Shown here one piece after another: positions 9,495-20,344 of a DNA stretch of 64,000 bases (its first letter is position 1; the number at the start of each line of letters is the position of its first letter). The translations under genes were made by a program, and so were the position numbers. The notes under the pieces were generated by a model. That model made no database searches. It saw nothing but the letters and a program-made list of their open reading frames with translations, and was not told where the DNA came from. Origin of the DNA: a virus (lineage: Duplodnaviria > Caudoviricetes); IMG/VR virus record IMGVR_UViG_3300026549_000043, positions 75,875 through 139,874 of that record; one strand, written 5' to 3'.

Positions 9495-9726
9495 CCTTGA
9501 AAACTATACTGGAAAAATTATAGAAAAGCCATTAGAAGCCATAAAAGAAAAATGTTTAGATTGTTCAGTATATGATGAAGTTGAAGTTAAGTTATGTTCA
9601 TGTACTGGATGTTCTTTGTGGCCTTTTAGATTTGGTACTAACCCATATCATAAGAAAAGAAATTTAACCGATGATCAAAGAAAAGCTGCTGCGGAAAGGA
9701 TAAATAATGTCAGGAAAAAGAGATAA
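9484..9726 (+). CDS. Conserved phage Cys-rich hypothetical protein
   Basis: PLEAIKEKCLDCS...CSLWPFRFG.NP; RBS gggagg favours the ATG at 9484. Confidence 0.7.
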   Translation: MKANLENYTGKIIEKPLEAIKEKCLDCSVYDEVEVKLCSCTGCSLWPFRFGTNPYHKKRNLTDDQRKAAAERINNVRKKR

Positions 9727-10069
9727 GGTAAAAGATTCTGAAAGAGAGTCTATTATTGTACCTAATTTAAATAGATGCTTCGTGTGTGGAACTGATAAGG
9801 ATATACATCTACATGAGGTATTTTTTGGCAGTTCGAACCGTAAAAAATCCAAGGAAGATAAAATGCTAATTCCATTATGTGGAATTCATCATAACCTATC
9901 TTCACAAGGAATTCATTATAATAAAGTTTTAGATAATAAGGTAAAGAAGCAGGCTGAAAAAATTTGGATAAAAACTTATTGTGATGAAAATCTTTCTAAA
10001 GATGAAAAGATTGGTTTATTTATTAGCCGTTATGGAGTGAATTATCTGGATGAGGATGAAATATGATAA
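9707..10069 (+). CDS. HNH-like zinc-binding nuclease (Ref/recombination-enhancement-like)
   Basis: CFVCG...HLHEVFFG..NRKKS...LIPLCGIHH; ends in tandem TGA-TAA. Confidence 0.65.
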
Positions 10070-10308
10070 AAAGCAAAGAAAAAATAAAGGCTAAGAAAAA
10101 AGAACAAGCTAGGCGAAGAAGGAAAAATTATAAATCTTCTCTTTATATAGGAGAATCTGTTGAATTAATTACTGGAGATCTAACTAGATATCCAGCCTGT
10201 TATTGTTCTCACTATAAAGGATTTTTAACTTTTAATATGATGAAATTACATCGATGTGAAGCTAGAAATTGTAGCCACATCCATAAGAATATTGAAGACT
10301 ATTTATAA
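10063..10308 (+). CDS. Hypothetical basic Cys/His protein
   Basis: 81 aa with an ATGA overlap. Confidence 0.55.
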   Translation: MIKSKEKIKAKKKEQARRRRKNYKSSLYIGESVELITGDLTRYPACYCSHYKGFLTFNMMKLHRCEARNCSHIHKNIEDYL

Positions 10309-10343
10309 TTTGTATATTATTTACAAAGAAAGGAAAAGATTAA

Positions 10344-10982
10344 ATGAAGGTTTATTTAGCTGGGTCTATTTTTTATTTTGGAGATGAACTTCGTAATAAA
10401 GAATGGGCTAAAAGAATTAGAGACCAATTTCCTGGGATTGATCTTTATTCACCAATAGAAAATACTGATATTAATGGAGTCGAGGGTAAACTTAAATTCG
10501 CTGGATCTAGATTAATCGCTGATGGTGATAATCAAAGATTAGACCATACTGATGTATTAGTAGCATGTATTGATGGAGATGTTATTCCAGCAGGTACTAG
10601 TGCTGAAATTGGGGTTATGAGAGAAAAGATTAGACGTGGAGACCATAAGTATATTATTGGTATTTGTACGGATAATAGGGAATGTTCTAGAACTCATAGC
10701 TTAGAAAAAGATAATGGTGCGGCGTCAGAAATTTGTGAACAGCAATACTCATATCAAAATTTATATGTAGTTGGTTTAATTAAAGAAAGTGGAATCTTAG
10801 TAAATAATATTGAAGATGCCATTAAATTTATGAAAAAAATAGCCCCAGAATATTCTCAGGAATTTGTTGATGATGTCTGGAATAATAAGGAAATCTTAAG
10901 ATACTTGAGCGAGGATTCTTCTTTCTGGGAAGAAGATGAATTGGTTAAAGAATACTCAAACAGTCATAAAGGAGAGATCTAA
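10344..10982 (+). CDS. Nucleoside 2-deoxyribosyltransferase family protein
   Basis: KVYLAGSIF, YSP, D..RL..TDVLVA.IDG...GTSAEIG motifs. Confidence 0.85.
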   Translation: MKVYLAGSIFYFGDELRNKEWAKRIRDQFPGIDLYSPIENTDINGVEGKLKFAGSRLIADGDNQRLDHTDVLVACIDGDVIPAGTSAEIGVMREKIRRGDHKYIIGICTDNRECSRTHSLEKDNGAASEICEQQYSYQNLYVVGLIKESGILVNNIEDAIKFMKKIAPEYSQEFVDDVWNNKEILRYLSEDSSFWEEDELVKEYSNSHKGEI

Positions 10983-10985
10983 TTT

Positions 10986-12233
10986 ATGGATAAATTAATA
11001 TATAGAATTGAGGACTCACCAAAAAGTATTAAAGAATATTTATTATATGGTGCTCAGCAATGTTTATCAATTCTTACTGCTACAATTTTAATTTCTACTA
11101 TTTGTGGCACTAATGTTTCAGCTGGTTTTGTTGGTGCCGGCGTAGCTACTATTACTTTCTTAATTCTAACGGGATTCAAAGCCCCGTTATTCTTTAGTAA
11201 TAGTGGATCTACTTGTGCAGCCGTTATTACTGCCTTGGCAATTGGACATGACTATACAGGGGTTATTCTAGGCGGTATTACAGTATGTTTAATGAATACT
11301 GTAGCTGCTTTAATTACTAAAAGAGTCGGGTCTGATTGGGTAAATAAATTATTACCTCCTGTAGTATCGGGAAATATTGTAACCATTATTGGTTTAAATC
11401 TAGCTGGATTTTGTGCTACTTATGTTGGGATGGGTAATGAAGGAGAATTAATCAGAGTCTTTATTGCCTTCTGTACTATGTTAATTACTGTTTTAACTAT
11501 GCATTATTCCAAGGGTATGCTAAAAACTCTACCATTTTTAATTGGAGCTCTAGGCGGTTATTTGTTATCATTAATTTTTGGGTTAGTAGATTTTTCAGTC
11601 TTTAATAATTTAAAATTAATTACCTTGCCTGATTTTGCTTTTCTGCATGTAGATTTTAAGGAGTTTGACTGGTTAACTTTACCTACTATTATAATAACCT
11701 TTGGAGCAGTTAACCTAGCTAACCTAGGTGAACATATTTCTGATATATTAGCCGTTAGTAGTATTGTAGATGAAGATTTAACTAAATCCGTAGGGTTACA
11801 TAAAACTTTCTTCGGTGATGGTGTGGCTGATTTAGTCGGTACCCTTATTGGTGGTCAGCCGACTACTACATATTCAGAATCTTTATCTACTATTGCTGTA
11901 TCTAAAGTAGCATCCACTAAAGTTATTTTAGTAGCAGCTTTAATGACTATCTTATTAGGATTCTTTGGTCCATTACAGGTATTTATTTTAAGTATTCCTA
12001 ATTGTGTATTCGGTGGGATAGCTTTAGTAGCTTATGGAATGATTGCTGCTAGCGGAATTAAAATCTTAAATACAGTTAATTATAATCACCAAAAGAATGT
12101 CATAATTACAGCTGCTATGCTTACCATTGGTGTTTCAGGTGTAGCGTTTAATATAGGACAATTTACTCTAGGTACTATTGCTTTATCAATGATATCTGGG
12201 TTAATTATAAATTTATTACTTAAAGATGTATAG
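10986..12233 (+). CDS. NCS2 uracil/xanthine permease (UraA-like)
   Basis: Multi-pass hydrophobic protein with PPVVSG..VTIIGL, PTTTYSES and GGIALVAYGMIA signatures. Confidence 0.9.
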   Translation: MDKLIYRIEDSPKSIKEYLLYGAQQCLSILTATILISTICGTNVSAGFVGAGVATITFLILTGFKAPLFFSNSGSTCAAVITALAIGHDYTGVILGGITVCLMNTVAALITKRVGSDWVNKLLPPVVSGNIVTIIGLNLAGFCATYVGMGNEGELIRVFIAFCTMLITVLTMHYSKGMLKTLPFLIGALGGYLLSLIFGLVDFSVFNNLKLITLPDFAFLHVDFKEFDWLTLPTIIITFGAVNLANLGEHISDILAVSSIVDEDLTKSVGLHKTFFGDGVADLVGTLIGGQPTTTYSESLSTIAVSKVASTKVILVAALMTILLGFFGPLQVFILSIPNCVFGGIALVAYGMIAASGIKILNTVNYNHQKNVIITAAMLTIGVSGVAFNIGQFTLGTIALSMISGLIINLLLKDV

Positions 12234-12256
12234 TATTTTTAAGAAAAGAGGTAAAC

Positions 12257-13486
12257 ATGAAGAAAATTATTTCTAAACTTTTGGTAGCCCTTTTATTGGT
12301 TACCTCATTTACTGGATGTAGTGGAGAAAAAACTCCTGAACCTGAGAACCAGCCTAAGAAGATTGGTATTATTTTAGTTGGTGATGAAAATGAGGGTTAC
12401 ACATATGCCCATATGGTTGGAATTAAGGAAGCCATGAAGGCTGCAAGTTTAGAAGATAGCCAGGTAATTTGGAAATATTCAGTTGGTGAAACTCAGGACT
12501 GTTACGACCAGGCAGTAGACCTTGTTGAACAGGGTTGTACAGCCGTATTCTCTAACTCTTACGGCCATCAGCAGTTCATGCAGCAGGCTGCTTCAGAGTA
12601 TCCAGATGTACAGTTCGTAGCCGCAACTGGTGATACAGCTGCTCTCAGCGGACTGAGCAATTTCTCAAACGCATTCACAAAAGTTTATGAATCACGTTAC
12701 GTATCAGGCATCGTTGCCGGTATGAAGCTGGCTGAACTTGAAGCTGCCGGACAGATTCCTGCAGAAAGCTACAAGGATGGCAAGGTTCTTATTGGTTATA
12801 TTGGTGCCTATCCTTATGCAGAAGTTGTTTCAGGCTTCACAGCATTCTTCTTAGGCGTTAAGTCAGTATTCGAAAACGTTACAATGGAAGTCATCTACAC
12901 CAACTCATGGTTTGATATCGTAGCCGAGGGTGAAACAGCTAATACCATGATGGCTGACCACTGTGTTATCATTGGCCAGCACGCTGACTCAACAGGTGCT
13001 CCAGCTGCAATCGAAGTAGCACAGAAGAATGGAACAGTTGCTTATTCAGTTGGTTATAATGTTGATATGTTAGAAGTAGCACCAAACGCTGCCTTAACTT
13101 CAGCTACAAATAACTGGGGTGTTTACTACACATATGCATTCAAGCAGGTTGTAGAAGGCAAGAAGATCGATACAAACTGGGCTCAGGGTTATGAATCTGA
13201 CGCAGTTGCCATCACAAAGTTAGGTCCTAACTGTGCTCCTGGCACACAGGAAGCTGTTGACAAGGCAATCGCTGAAATCAAGGCTGGCACATTACATGTA
13301 TTCGATACAAGCACATGGACAGTAAACGGCGAACACTTATCAGAATTAAAGATCGACTTAACAGGCGACTTTGATACAGATGATGCAGAAGACAAGAACG
13401 CTATCTACAATGGCTACTTCCATGAATCAGAATTCAGAAGCGCTCCATCATTCAGCGTAATCATCGACGGAATATTCGAAAAGTAA
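12257..13486 (+). CDS. BMP-family (PnrA/TmpC-like) nucleoside-binding lipoprotein
   Basis: Lipobox FTGC; GYTYAH, NSYGH, YTNSWFD and QHADS motifs. Confidence 0.88.
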   Translation: MKKIISKLLVALLLVTSFTGCSGEKTPEPENQPKKIGIILVGDENEGYTYAHMVGIKEAMKAASLEDSQVIWKYSVGETQDCYDQAVDLVEQGCTAVFSNSYGHQQFMQQAASEYPDVQFVAATGDTAALSGLSNFSNAFTKVYESRYVSGIVAGMKLAELEAAGQIPAESYKDGKVLIGYIGAYPYAEVVSGFTAFFLGVKSVFENVTMEVIYTNSWFDIVAEGETANTMMADHCVIIGQHADSTGAPAAIEVAQKNGTVAYSVGYNVDMLEVAPNAALTSATNNWGVYYTYAFKQVVEGKKIDTNWAQGYESDAVAITKLGPNCAPGTQEAVDKAIAEIKAGTLHVFDTSTWTVNGEHLSELKIDLTGDFDTDDAEDKNAIYNGYFHESEFRSAPSFSVIIDGIFEK

Positions 13487-13512
13487 TCAGTAATAAATTT
13501 TTATTTAATAAT

Positions 13513-13539
13513 AAAAGAAAGCTTAGGCTTTCTTTTTTT
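13513..13539 (+). terminator. Intrinsic terminator
   Basis: aaaagaaagc-ttag-gctttctttt plus T-run. Confidence 0.75.
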
Positions 13540-13606
13540 GAATTTAAGTTAGTTTACTATATAATATTTTTTGTATATAATAATTGTATATAAATAGGAG
13601 GAAACT

Positions 13607-13804
13607 ATGAATAAGGACACATTATTAGACTTTGGGATAGCCCTGCTTATGACAGTTATTCATATTGGATTAGTAGTATTTACCTTATGGTTAATAGCTA
13701 GACTTTTACATGAAGATTTTCCGCATTATTTAGAAATAGCCGGTTTAGGAATGTGGGGATATTCAGTATTTAAGTCATATATGAGGAAGGATAATAGAAT
13801 TTAA
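13607..13804 (+). CDS. Small two-TM membrane protein
   Basis: Two hydrophobic stretches; RBS aggagg; TATAAT boxes upstream. Confidence 0.65.
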   Translation: MNKDTLLDFGIALLMTVIHIGLVVFTLWLIARLLHEDFPHYLEIAGLGMWGYSVFKSYMRKDNRI

Positions 13805-14826
13805 TGAGTAATTTAGAAAAGGCCTTAGCTGAAATAAATAAGAAGTTTGGGAAGAATTCAGTAATGGTATTAGGAGATAAGGATCCTAATAAAGTTAATT
13901 GTATTTCTACTGGCTCTTTACAGTTAGATAAAATCTTAGGTGGAGGCATTGCTATAGGAAGAGTAGCTGAAATCTATGGAGTAGAAGGTGCCGGTAAAAC
14001 TTCATTATGTTTACAGTTAGTAGCTCAGTGCCAGGCTCGTGGAGATTCTGTCGCCTACGTAGATGTTGAAAACGCTGTGGATTTAAATTATGCTAAAACT
14101 TTAGGAGTTGATGTTTCTCATTTAATTTTTTCTCAGCCATCATCTGCTGAACAGGCTTTAGATATTGTTGAAGCCTTAGTAAAATCTAATGAAGTAAAAT
14201 TAGTAATTATTGATTCAGTTGCTGCTCTAGCCCCGCAGGCAGAATTAGATGGTGAAATGGGTGATGCAACAATAGGGCTCACGGCCAGACTCATGGGAAA
14301 AGCACTCAGAAAAATCACTGCTGCAGTTAATCAGGCTAACTGTGCTGTAGTATTTATTAACCAGTTAAGATCTAATATTGGTGGATATGGTAACCCTGAT
14401 ACTACTACTGGTGGCAGAGCTCTTAAATATGCTGCTTCACAAAGAATTGAAATGCGTAAGACAACTGCTATTAAAGAGGGTGCTAATGTAGTTGGTAATA
14501 TGGTAAAAATTAAAATTGTTAAAAATAAAATTTGTCCTCCAATGCAGGTTGTAGAATTACCTTTAATTTTTGGTAAAGGTTTTAGCCCTGAAGATGAAGT
14601 TATTGATTTAGCCATTGAATTCGAATTTATTCAGAGGTCGGGTGCTTGGTTTACTACCCATGATGGTGAACGATTACAAGGTAAATCCAATGTTAAGAGT
14701 TATTATGAACAGCATCCTGAATTAACTGAAGAATTGACTAAGATGGTTAAAGATAAGCTAGCTGGAGTTGAAATAGAGCCTGAATATCAAATAGACCCAG
14801 ATACTGGTGAAGTATTAGAATTCTAA
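13804..14826 (+). CDS. recA: RecA recombinase
   Basis: ISTGSLQLD, GVEGAGKT (Walker A), IIDSVAAL, FINQLR, GGRALKY. Confidence 0.97.
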   Translation: MSNLEKALAEINKKFGKNSVMVLGDKDPNKVNCISTGSLQLDKILGGGIAIGRVAEIYGVEGAGKTSLCLQLVAQCQARGDSVAYVDVENAVDLNYAKTLGVDVSHLIFSQPSSAEQALDIVEALVKSNEVKLVIIDSVAALAPQAELDGEMGDATIGLTARLMGKALRKITAAVNQANCAVVFINQLRSNIGGYGNPDTTTGGRALKYAASQRIEMRKTTAIKEGANVVGNMVKIKIVKNKICPPMQVVELPLIFGKGFSPEDEVIDLAIEFEFIQRSGAWFTTHDGERLQGKSNVKSYYEQHPELTEELTKMVKDKLAGVEIEPEYQIDPDTGEVLEF

Positions 14827-14935
14827 TTAAATTAATTAAAAATAATTAATAAAAATTTTACCTGATTAACACATCAAGTAAATAAAAAACTATACAAAAT
14901 ATTGATAAAATTAACAGAAATAATGAGGTAAAAAC

Positions 14936-15157
14936 ATGAATTTAACAGAAGTTAACAGTAGTAATATTAACAAGGTTGGATATGACGATAATAACTTATT
15001 AGTTGAATATAAATCCGGAGTACTATATAAATATTTAAATGTACCAAAAAAGTTATATGAAGAACTTTTAAATTCAGAATCCAAGGGCAGATTTATGAAT
15101 TCTAATATTAAGGGGAACTTCGAATATTCAAAAATTGAAAGGATCCCTAAAATCTAG
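14936..15157 (+). CDS. KTSC domain protein
   Basis: V.SSNI..VGYD...L.VEY.SG.LY.Y..VP...Y..LL.SESKGRF. Confidence 0.88.
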   Translation: MNLTEVNSSNINKVGYDDNNLLVEYKSGVLYKYLNVPKKLYEELLNSESKGRFMNSNIKGNFEYSKIERIPKI

Positions 15158-15265
15158 GGATCCTGGATTTTGCACGATCCCCTCCTGGATTTTGCACGAG
15201 GGGGTCATGGATTTTGCACGACAATAATATAGATATAATATAGATATATTAAAGATAGATATAGG
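15141..15265. repeat. Iteron-like array (3 x TGGATTTTGCACGA at a 22-bp period) plus AT-rich ATAGATAT repeats; candidate replication origin
   Basis: Exact 14-mers at 15164, 15186 and 15208; preceded by the inverted repeat ggatcccta/tagggatcc and followed by AT-rich repeats. Confidence 0.7.
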
Positions 15266-15303
15266 GAAATTAAAAAATAGATCTTAACCCTTTTTAGATA
15301 TCT

Positions 15304-15318
15304 GCTAAATTAAATATA
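15304..15318 (+). promoter_or_regulatory. GCTAAATT promoter motif
   Basis: GCTAAATTAAATATA, then RBS aggag and ATG at 15336. Confidence 0.7.
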
Positions 15319-15335
15319 TTGTAGGAGACTTTTAA

Positions 15336-18300
15336 ATGAATAATATTTTAACTGAGGCCATCGGCGAAGATGGTTTAAACTTCAGAGATATTTATAATAA
15401 TTTAATGGAATCAACACATAATTTTACTGAAGAATCTGGTGATTTTAAATTTGATTCTAGTTTCGAAGCTAGCTTAGCTGAGAATATTTTAAAGGATAAA
15501 TATTCAGAAGTTGAAATTAAACCATTAGACATGGATGACGAAAATGAATTATTTTATACAGTACTTTATAAAGATCCTATTATTAAAGAGGATTATAAAG
15601 ATTTAGATTTTCAAGATAATAAAAATCCTGAGGGTACTCCATTAGGTAGTTTTGGTGAATCATTACTTTCTGAAGGACAGAAACCAGCCCATTGGGCAGT
15701 TATTAAATCTTCAGGTGGTAGAGGTAAAAATGGTTGGATAACTAATATCTCTGTTGAGGCTATTCCAAGTGAAATTAAAGACATGAATAGCCTTAAAGGA
15801 TTTAGTACTTGGGGACCTAATAATCAACATGTATCAAATAGATATAAGGCTGATTCTCTAGGTATATTTTCAACCAAAAAAGAGGCTCTAGAAAAAGTAA
15901 AAGAATTATTACGTAAAGAGCCTAACTATAGAGCCTTTGGAACCAACGCTGAAGAAGTAGAATTACTCGAAAAAATTATTAAGTTTGGCTCTAAATGGCA
16001 GGTGCAATCTGAGAAAGGTAAAAATATGGGAACTTATAATACTAAAAAAGAAGCCGAAGACAGATTAAAACAGGTAGAATATTTTAAACATATAAATGAA
16101 GGTATTTTTAGTAATATTGGTAAAACCGCAAAAATAGCTATGTTAGCTAAATGGGTTTCTAATCATGCTGATAAGGTTCAATATTGCTCTAAAAGGGATC
16201 AAGATCGCATATTAGAATTATTTAATGATATTAAACAGTATTCTAAGAATATTGACATTTTTGATAATACTGAATTTGAAGATGGCGCTGTTGAAGATAT
16301 TTTAGGCAAAATTGAAGACTGCTATGAAGATATAAAGGATATTATTAAAAATTCACAAATACATGAAAGTTTTGATTCTGATACTGTAGAAATTTCTTCA
16401 AAAATAAAAAATATTAATAATAAGATTATTTCACTTTTAAATGGAAGTGATTTAATAAATGAAGACCGTAAGTCAGATATTGAATCTACCCTTTTAGATG
16501 GTGAACCTACTTTCGCTGAATATATGGAAGATAATTATGGCATTGATATCTATGATGATGAAATTGCCGAGAACCCTGATGTAGAAGATCATTACTTAAA
16601 TGAGTATGAAAGCTATTTAGATCATTTATATGATTTAGATGATGAAAGTAATTATGATGCAGCCCACGCTGCTGAGTGGATGGAAAGATATCCTCATGGT
16701 TACTATAATAATGAGAATGACTATTGCGTTGATGATGAAGATGGTAGCCCAGATATTGATTTTGAAGAAGACGATGTTGACCCAGATCAATTCTTACAGG
16801 CTTACGAGTTAACTAAAGACATGGACGAAGATGAAGCTTGGGAATCTATTTCTCAAAGATTCGATAAGGAAAAAGATCTTGGATTCTGGGGACCAGATGA
16901 AGCTGAAAGAGGTAAACATGAGGTATTTGATTACTGGAAAGAAATTTCTTTAAAGGAAGACTTTGATCCAGAAGATCTTGTTATTGAATGTCCTCAATGT
17001 TTAAATGATTTAACTTTTGTTGGCTATCAGGGTGATTTAATTGAATTTAAATGTGATAGCTGTGAAAATTATTTCTATATGGATCCTAATACTAAAGAAT
17101 TACTTTCACCTACTGAACTAGATAAAAGATATTTAACCGAATCTACCAATGATCTTTATTATTTTAAGATTACAGGCCCAGTAAGAAAGCAGCGTGGGTG
17201 GTCTCCTGATGATGAACCTACAGTCTTTGTAACTGGAATCTGTGATGAATTAAAGGGTAGCAGAGGTTTTAGAGATGGTACTCACGAATTCCGTGAAAGT
17301 GATTTAGAACGTGTTGGAGCTAAGGTCGGTGATACCGTAGCCTGTCATGTTGATTGGGAAACAGATTATGATGGTCATCTAGAGTTAGAAGTAGACGTAG
17401 TCAAAAAAGTAGATGAAGTTTTAAAAGAAGCTAAGAATAAGAATTATAGAGTAGAGCTTTATTATTATGACAATAATAAACCTGACGATGTAATTTATTT
17501 CGAAAATACAAAAGCAGCTTATAATTTCTGTAATAATAAAATTTCAGATAATGCAGATTATGATGATGGCCTTACTGGTATTTTAGTATTTAATGAGGCT
17601 AAAGATAAATTATTAAATACCTGGCAAAATGGTAGCCGAGGATGGGAAAATAAATCTAAGGCATTAACTGAAGAAGTAAACTTACAGCCTGGAGACGTTA
17701 AGTGGTCTTGGTGGCTTCATAGATATTTAATTTATAAGGGGTTTGATAAATTTTCAAATAAATATGAGTTTGAGGACTTTGGAGATGATTTATTTGACCT
17801 TACGGCAGAAGAAGTTTCAAAATTAAAGGATAAATATGTTAGTAAAAATGAATCTTTAGATGAAGCAAAGACTCAAGAGTATGAGTATACACTTTATAAC
17901 ACGTTTTCAAAGAATTCGTTCCATAAGAAAGTAAAGTGCTCTTCTAAAGAAGAAGCAAAGAAGATCGCTGATGATGAGTTAAAGAAACTCCAAAAGAATG
18001 GACACTTTAAAGACTTTGTTGTTAAAGGTGTAAAAGAGCTACAAGAGTCTTTAGATGAAGCCAAAAACGATACACTTAATGCTGACATCTGAGATGAAAA
18101 TAATGAATTAAGACCTGAAGTTAGAGAAAAATTAAATTTAATTGTAGAAAAATTTAAAGATAATTTATCTGAAGATGGCGTAGATCTAGATATATCAGAT
18201 ATTATTATAGTAGGATCTAACGCTAATTATAATTATACTGACAAATCAGATATTGATTTACATATTATAGCTAACTTAGATATTTATAAAGATAAAGAAG

Positions 18301-18455
18301 ATTTAGCAAAAATTGTGTATAATGCTTATAGGCGTTTGTTTAATGATAAATTCGACCCTACCATAAGAGGGCATGAGGTTGAGTTGTTTGTAGAGTCGAA
18401 TGAGGATGATAATGATAATAATATTCCTGATGAGGTAGAAAATAACGAAGAATAG
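15336..18455 (+). CDS. 1039-aa acidic multi-domain head polyprotein ending in the N-terminal half of a Pol-beta-like nucleotidyltransferase
   Basis: TGA at 18090 as Trp gives LNADI(W)DENNELRPEVREKL...VGSNANYNY...SDIDLHI...HEVELFVE. Many L/I-x-E sites and a CPQC/CDSC zinc ribbon. Confidence 0.75.
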
Positions 18456-18471
18456 CAATAAGGAGAAGGAT

Positions 18472-19224
18472 ATGAAGGTTAATAAAATTACCAAAAATAT
18501 TTCTGAATCAACATCTAATTCAAACGGAATTTATTCTTTAAATACTGGGTGGGTAAAGAAACCAGTAAAGGATGATATTCCAGAAGTAGATTTAGAACCT
18601 GATTTAACTGAGTGAAGAGACAGGGCCAAGAGCTGTAATTCTTTAGAAGATATAAATAGTTTTATAGATGATATTTATATCTTAAGACAGAATTCCATTA
18701 TGAATGATGGAGAATATGGAAAAGGGAACTTGATTTTTAAAGAAATTAGAAATGAAGGCATATTACAAGAATTGAAAGATAAAAAGGTTAATTTAGAAAA
18801 TAACGAAATGAGTATAAAAGAAGGATTAAAAGATTTTTCTAATGATGTAATTGAAAAACTACTTACTAAATATTCAGATTGTTCAAAGGATGAATTAGAT
18901 GATGTCTGGGATGAGATCGTAAGAGATTATAACGATACTGATTTAGCTGATGAAGTATGTGAATTATTAGATATTAGACTTGATGATTTATATAGTGAAT
19001 CATTAAAACCTATAAAAGAAGAACCATTAGATTATAATGAAAGTGATATTTTTAAACAAAAAAATGAAGCCTGTATCAAAGAATATAGGCAGTGAGCTGG
19101 ATTATCTGATGATGAATTAATCACTGAGGATAAAATAAATGAATGAGCTTTAAACCGTGTAAGCTGTAATAATAATTATGATTATAATGATTTAAAAGAA
19201 GTATTATGCGGTAATAATAAATAA
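18472..19224 (+). CDS. C-terminal half of the phage nucleotidyltransferase plus extra domains (250 aa, TGA=Trp)
   Basis: RBS aggagaagg; TGAs at 18613, 19093, 19144; SNGIYSL..GWVKEP...LRQNSIMNDGEYGKGNLIFKEIRN. Confidence 0.7.
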
Positions 19225-19249
19225 GGAAAGATTGGGGAAATAGAATATT

Positions 19250-20326
19250 ATGAAATTAAAGGTTAAGAGACCAAAGAAATTGGTAGAATCAACTATTAAT
19301 GAAGCTACCCTAGAAGATACTATTAACGCTGCTGAAAAACAAATTGAAAACCCAGAAGTAGCTAGTTATAATTCTACTGGCCAGATTGAACAGGCTTTAG
19401 ATAGAGCCCTCAAGGTTGCTGAGAGAATGAAAAGAACTGGTGGTAATAACTATACTAATGTTTTACTTATTGGTGGTGCTGGTACTGGTAAAACTTCAGC
19501 AGTAAGAGACTGAGCTGCAGCTCATAATATCAACTTAGTTATGCAAAACACTTCAACAATGGATGAAACAGACCTTACAGGTGTAGTAGCTAGAAGTGCT
19601 GAAGGAAACTCAACGGTTAAATTAAGATCCGACGTTTTAAGAGGATTGAATGAACCTAGATCAGTATTATTTTTAGATGAATATAATAGAGGTAGAAGCT
19701 CAGTTAGAGGAACATTATTAACTTTAATTAATGACCATTTAATTGATACTGGTACAGACCAGGAATCAAATATTAAGGGATTATCTGGTAAATTAGAATT
19801 AAAGAATATGTTATTTACCATTGCTGCTATTAACCCGGCTTCAGGTGAATATACTACAGATGAATTAGACCCTGCCGAAATTTCTCGTTTTAGAAGAATT
19901 GAAGTTAAGGCTGATAAAAAACATCTATTAAATAATGTTTTAATTCCAAAGCTTACAAAACAGGCAGAAAATGGTACTGAAGAAGACCAGGAAATTATTG
20001 CCGGACAGATTAACCTAGCAACTAAGCTTTTATCTGATAAATCATTCCAGTTTGATAATGAAGAAGAAGAAAGACTTGGTTATCAGAAATTCGGAAGAGA
20101 TTATACTCCATTAAGTCCAAGATCATTTACTAACTTATTACAGGCTACAGATGGTACTAAGGAAGATTTCTTGTATTTATATAATGATTATTGTAACCCA
20201 ATGAAAAAGATGACAATGGAAACAATCTTATCTGATTATGAAGATATAGATGATAAAGCTAATTCTGTATTTAAAAAGAGAGAGAAATCAGCCGAAGAAA
20301 AATTAGACGATTTTCTAAATATGTAG
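19250..20326 (+). CDS. MoxR/dynein-like AAA+ ATPase (358 aa, TGA=Trp)
   Basis: Walker A GGAGTGKT lies before TGA 19511; Walker B LFLDEYNR, AAINP and LDPAEISRF follow in the same frame. Confidence 0.88.
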
Positions 20327-20344
20327 TAAGGTAGGTGTTAACTT

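Noticed and set aside
15164-15221. Mini CRISPR array
   Set aside because: 14-bp repeats with 8-bp spacers are far too short, and no cas genes are present.
18472-18530. MKVNKITK... as a second split-intein C-fragment
   Set aside because: No HN-[CST] terminus or block F, and the upstream gene has no IntN.
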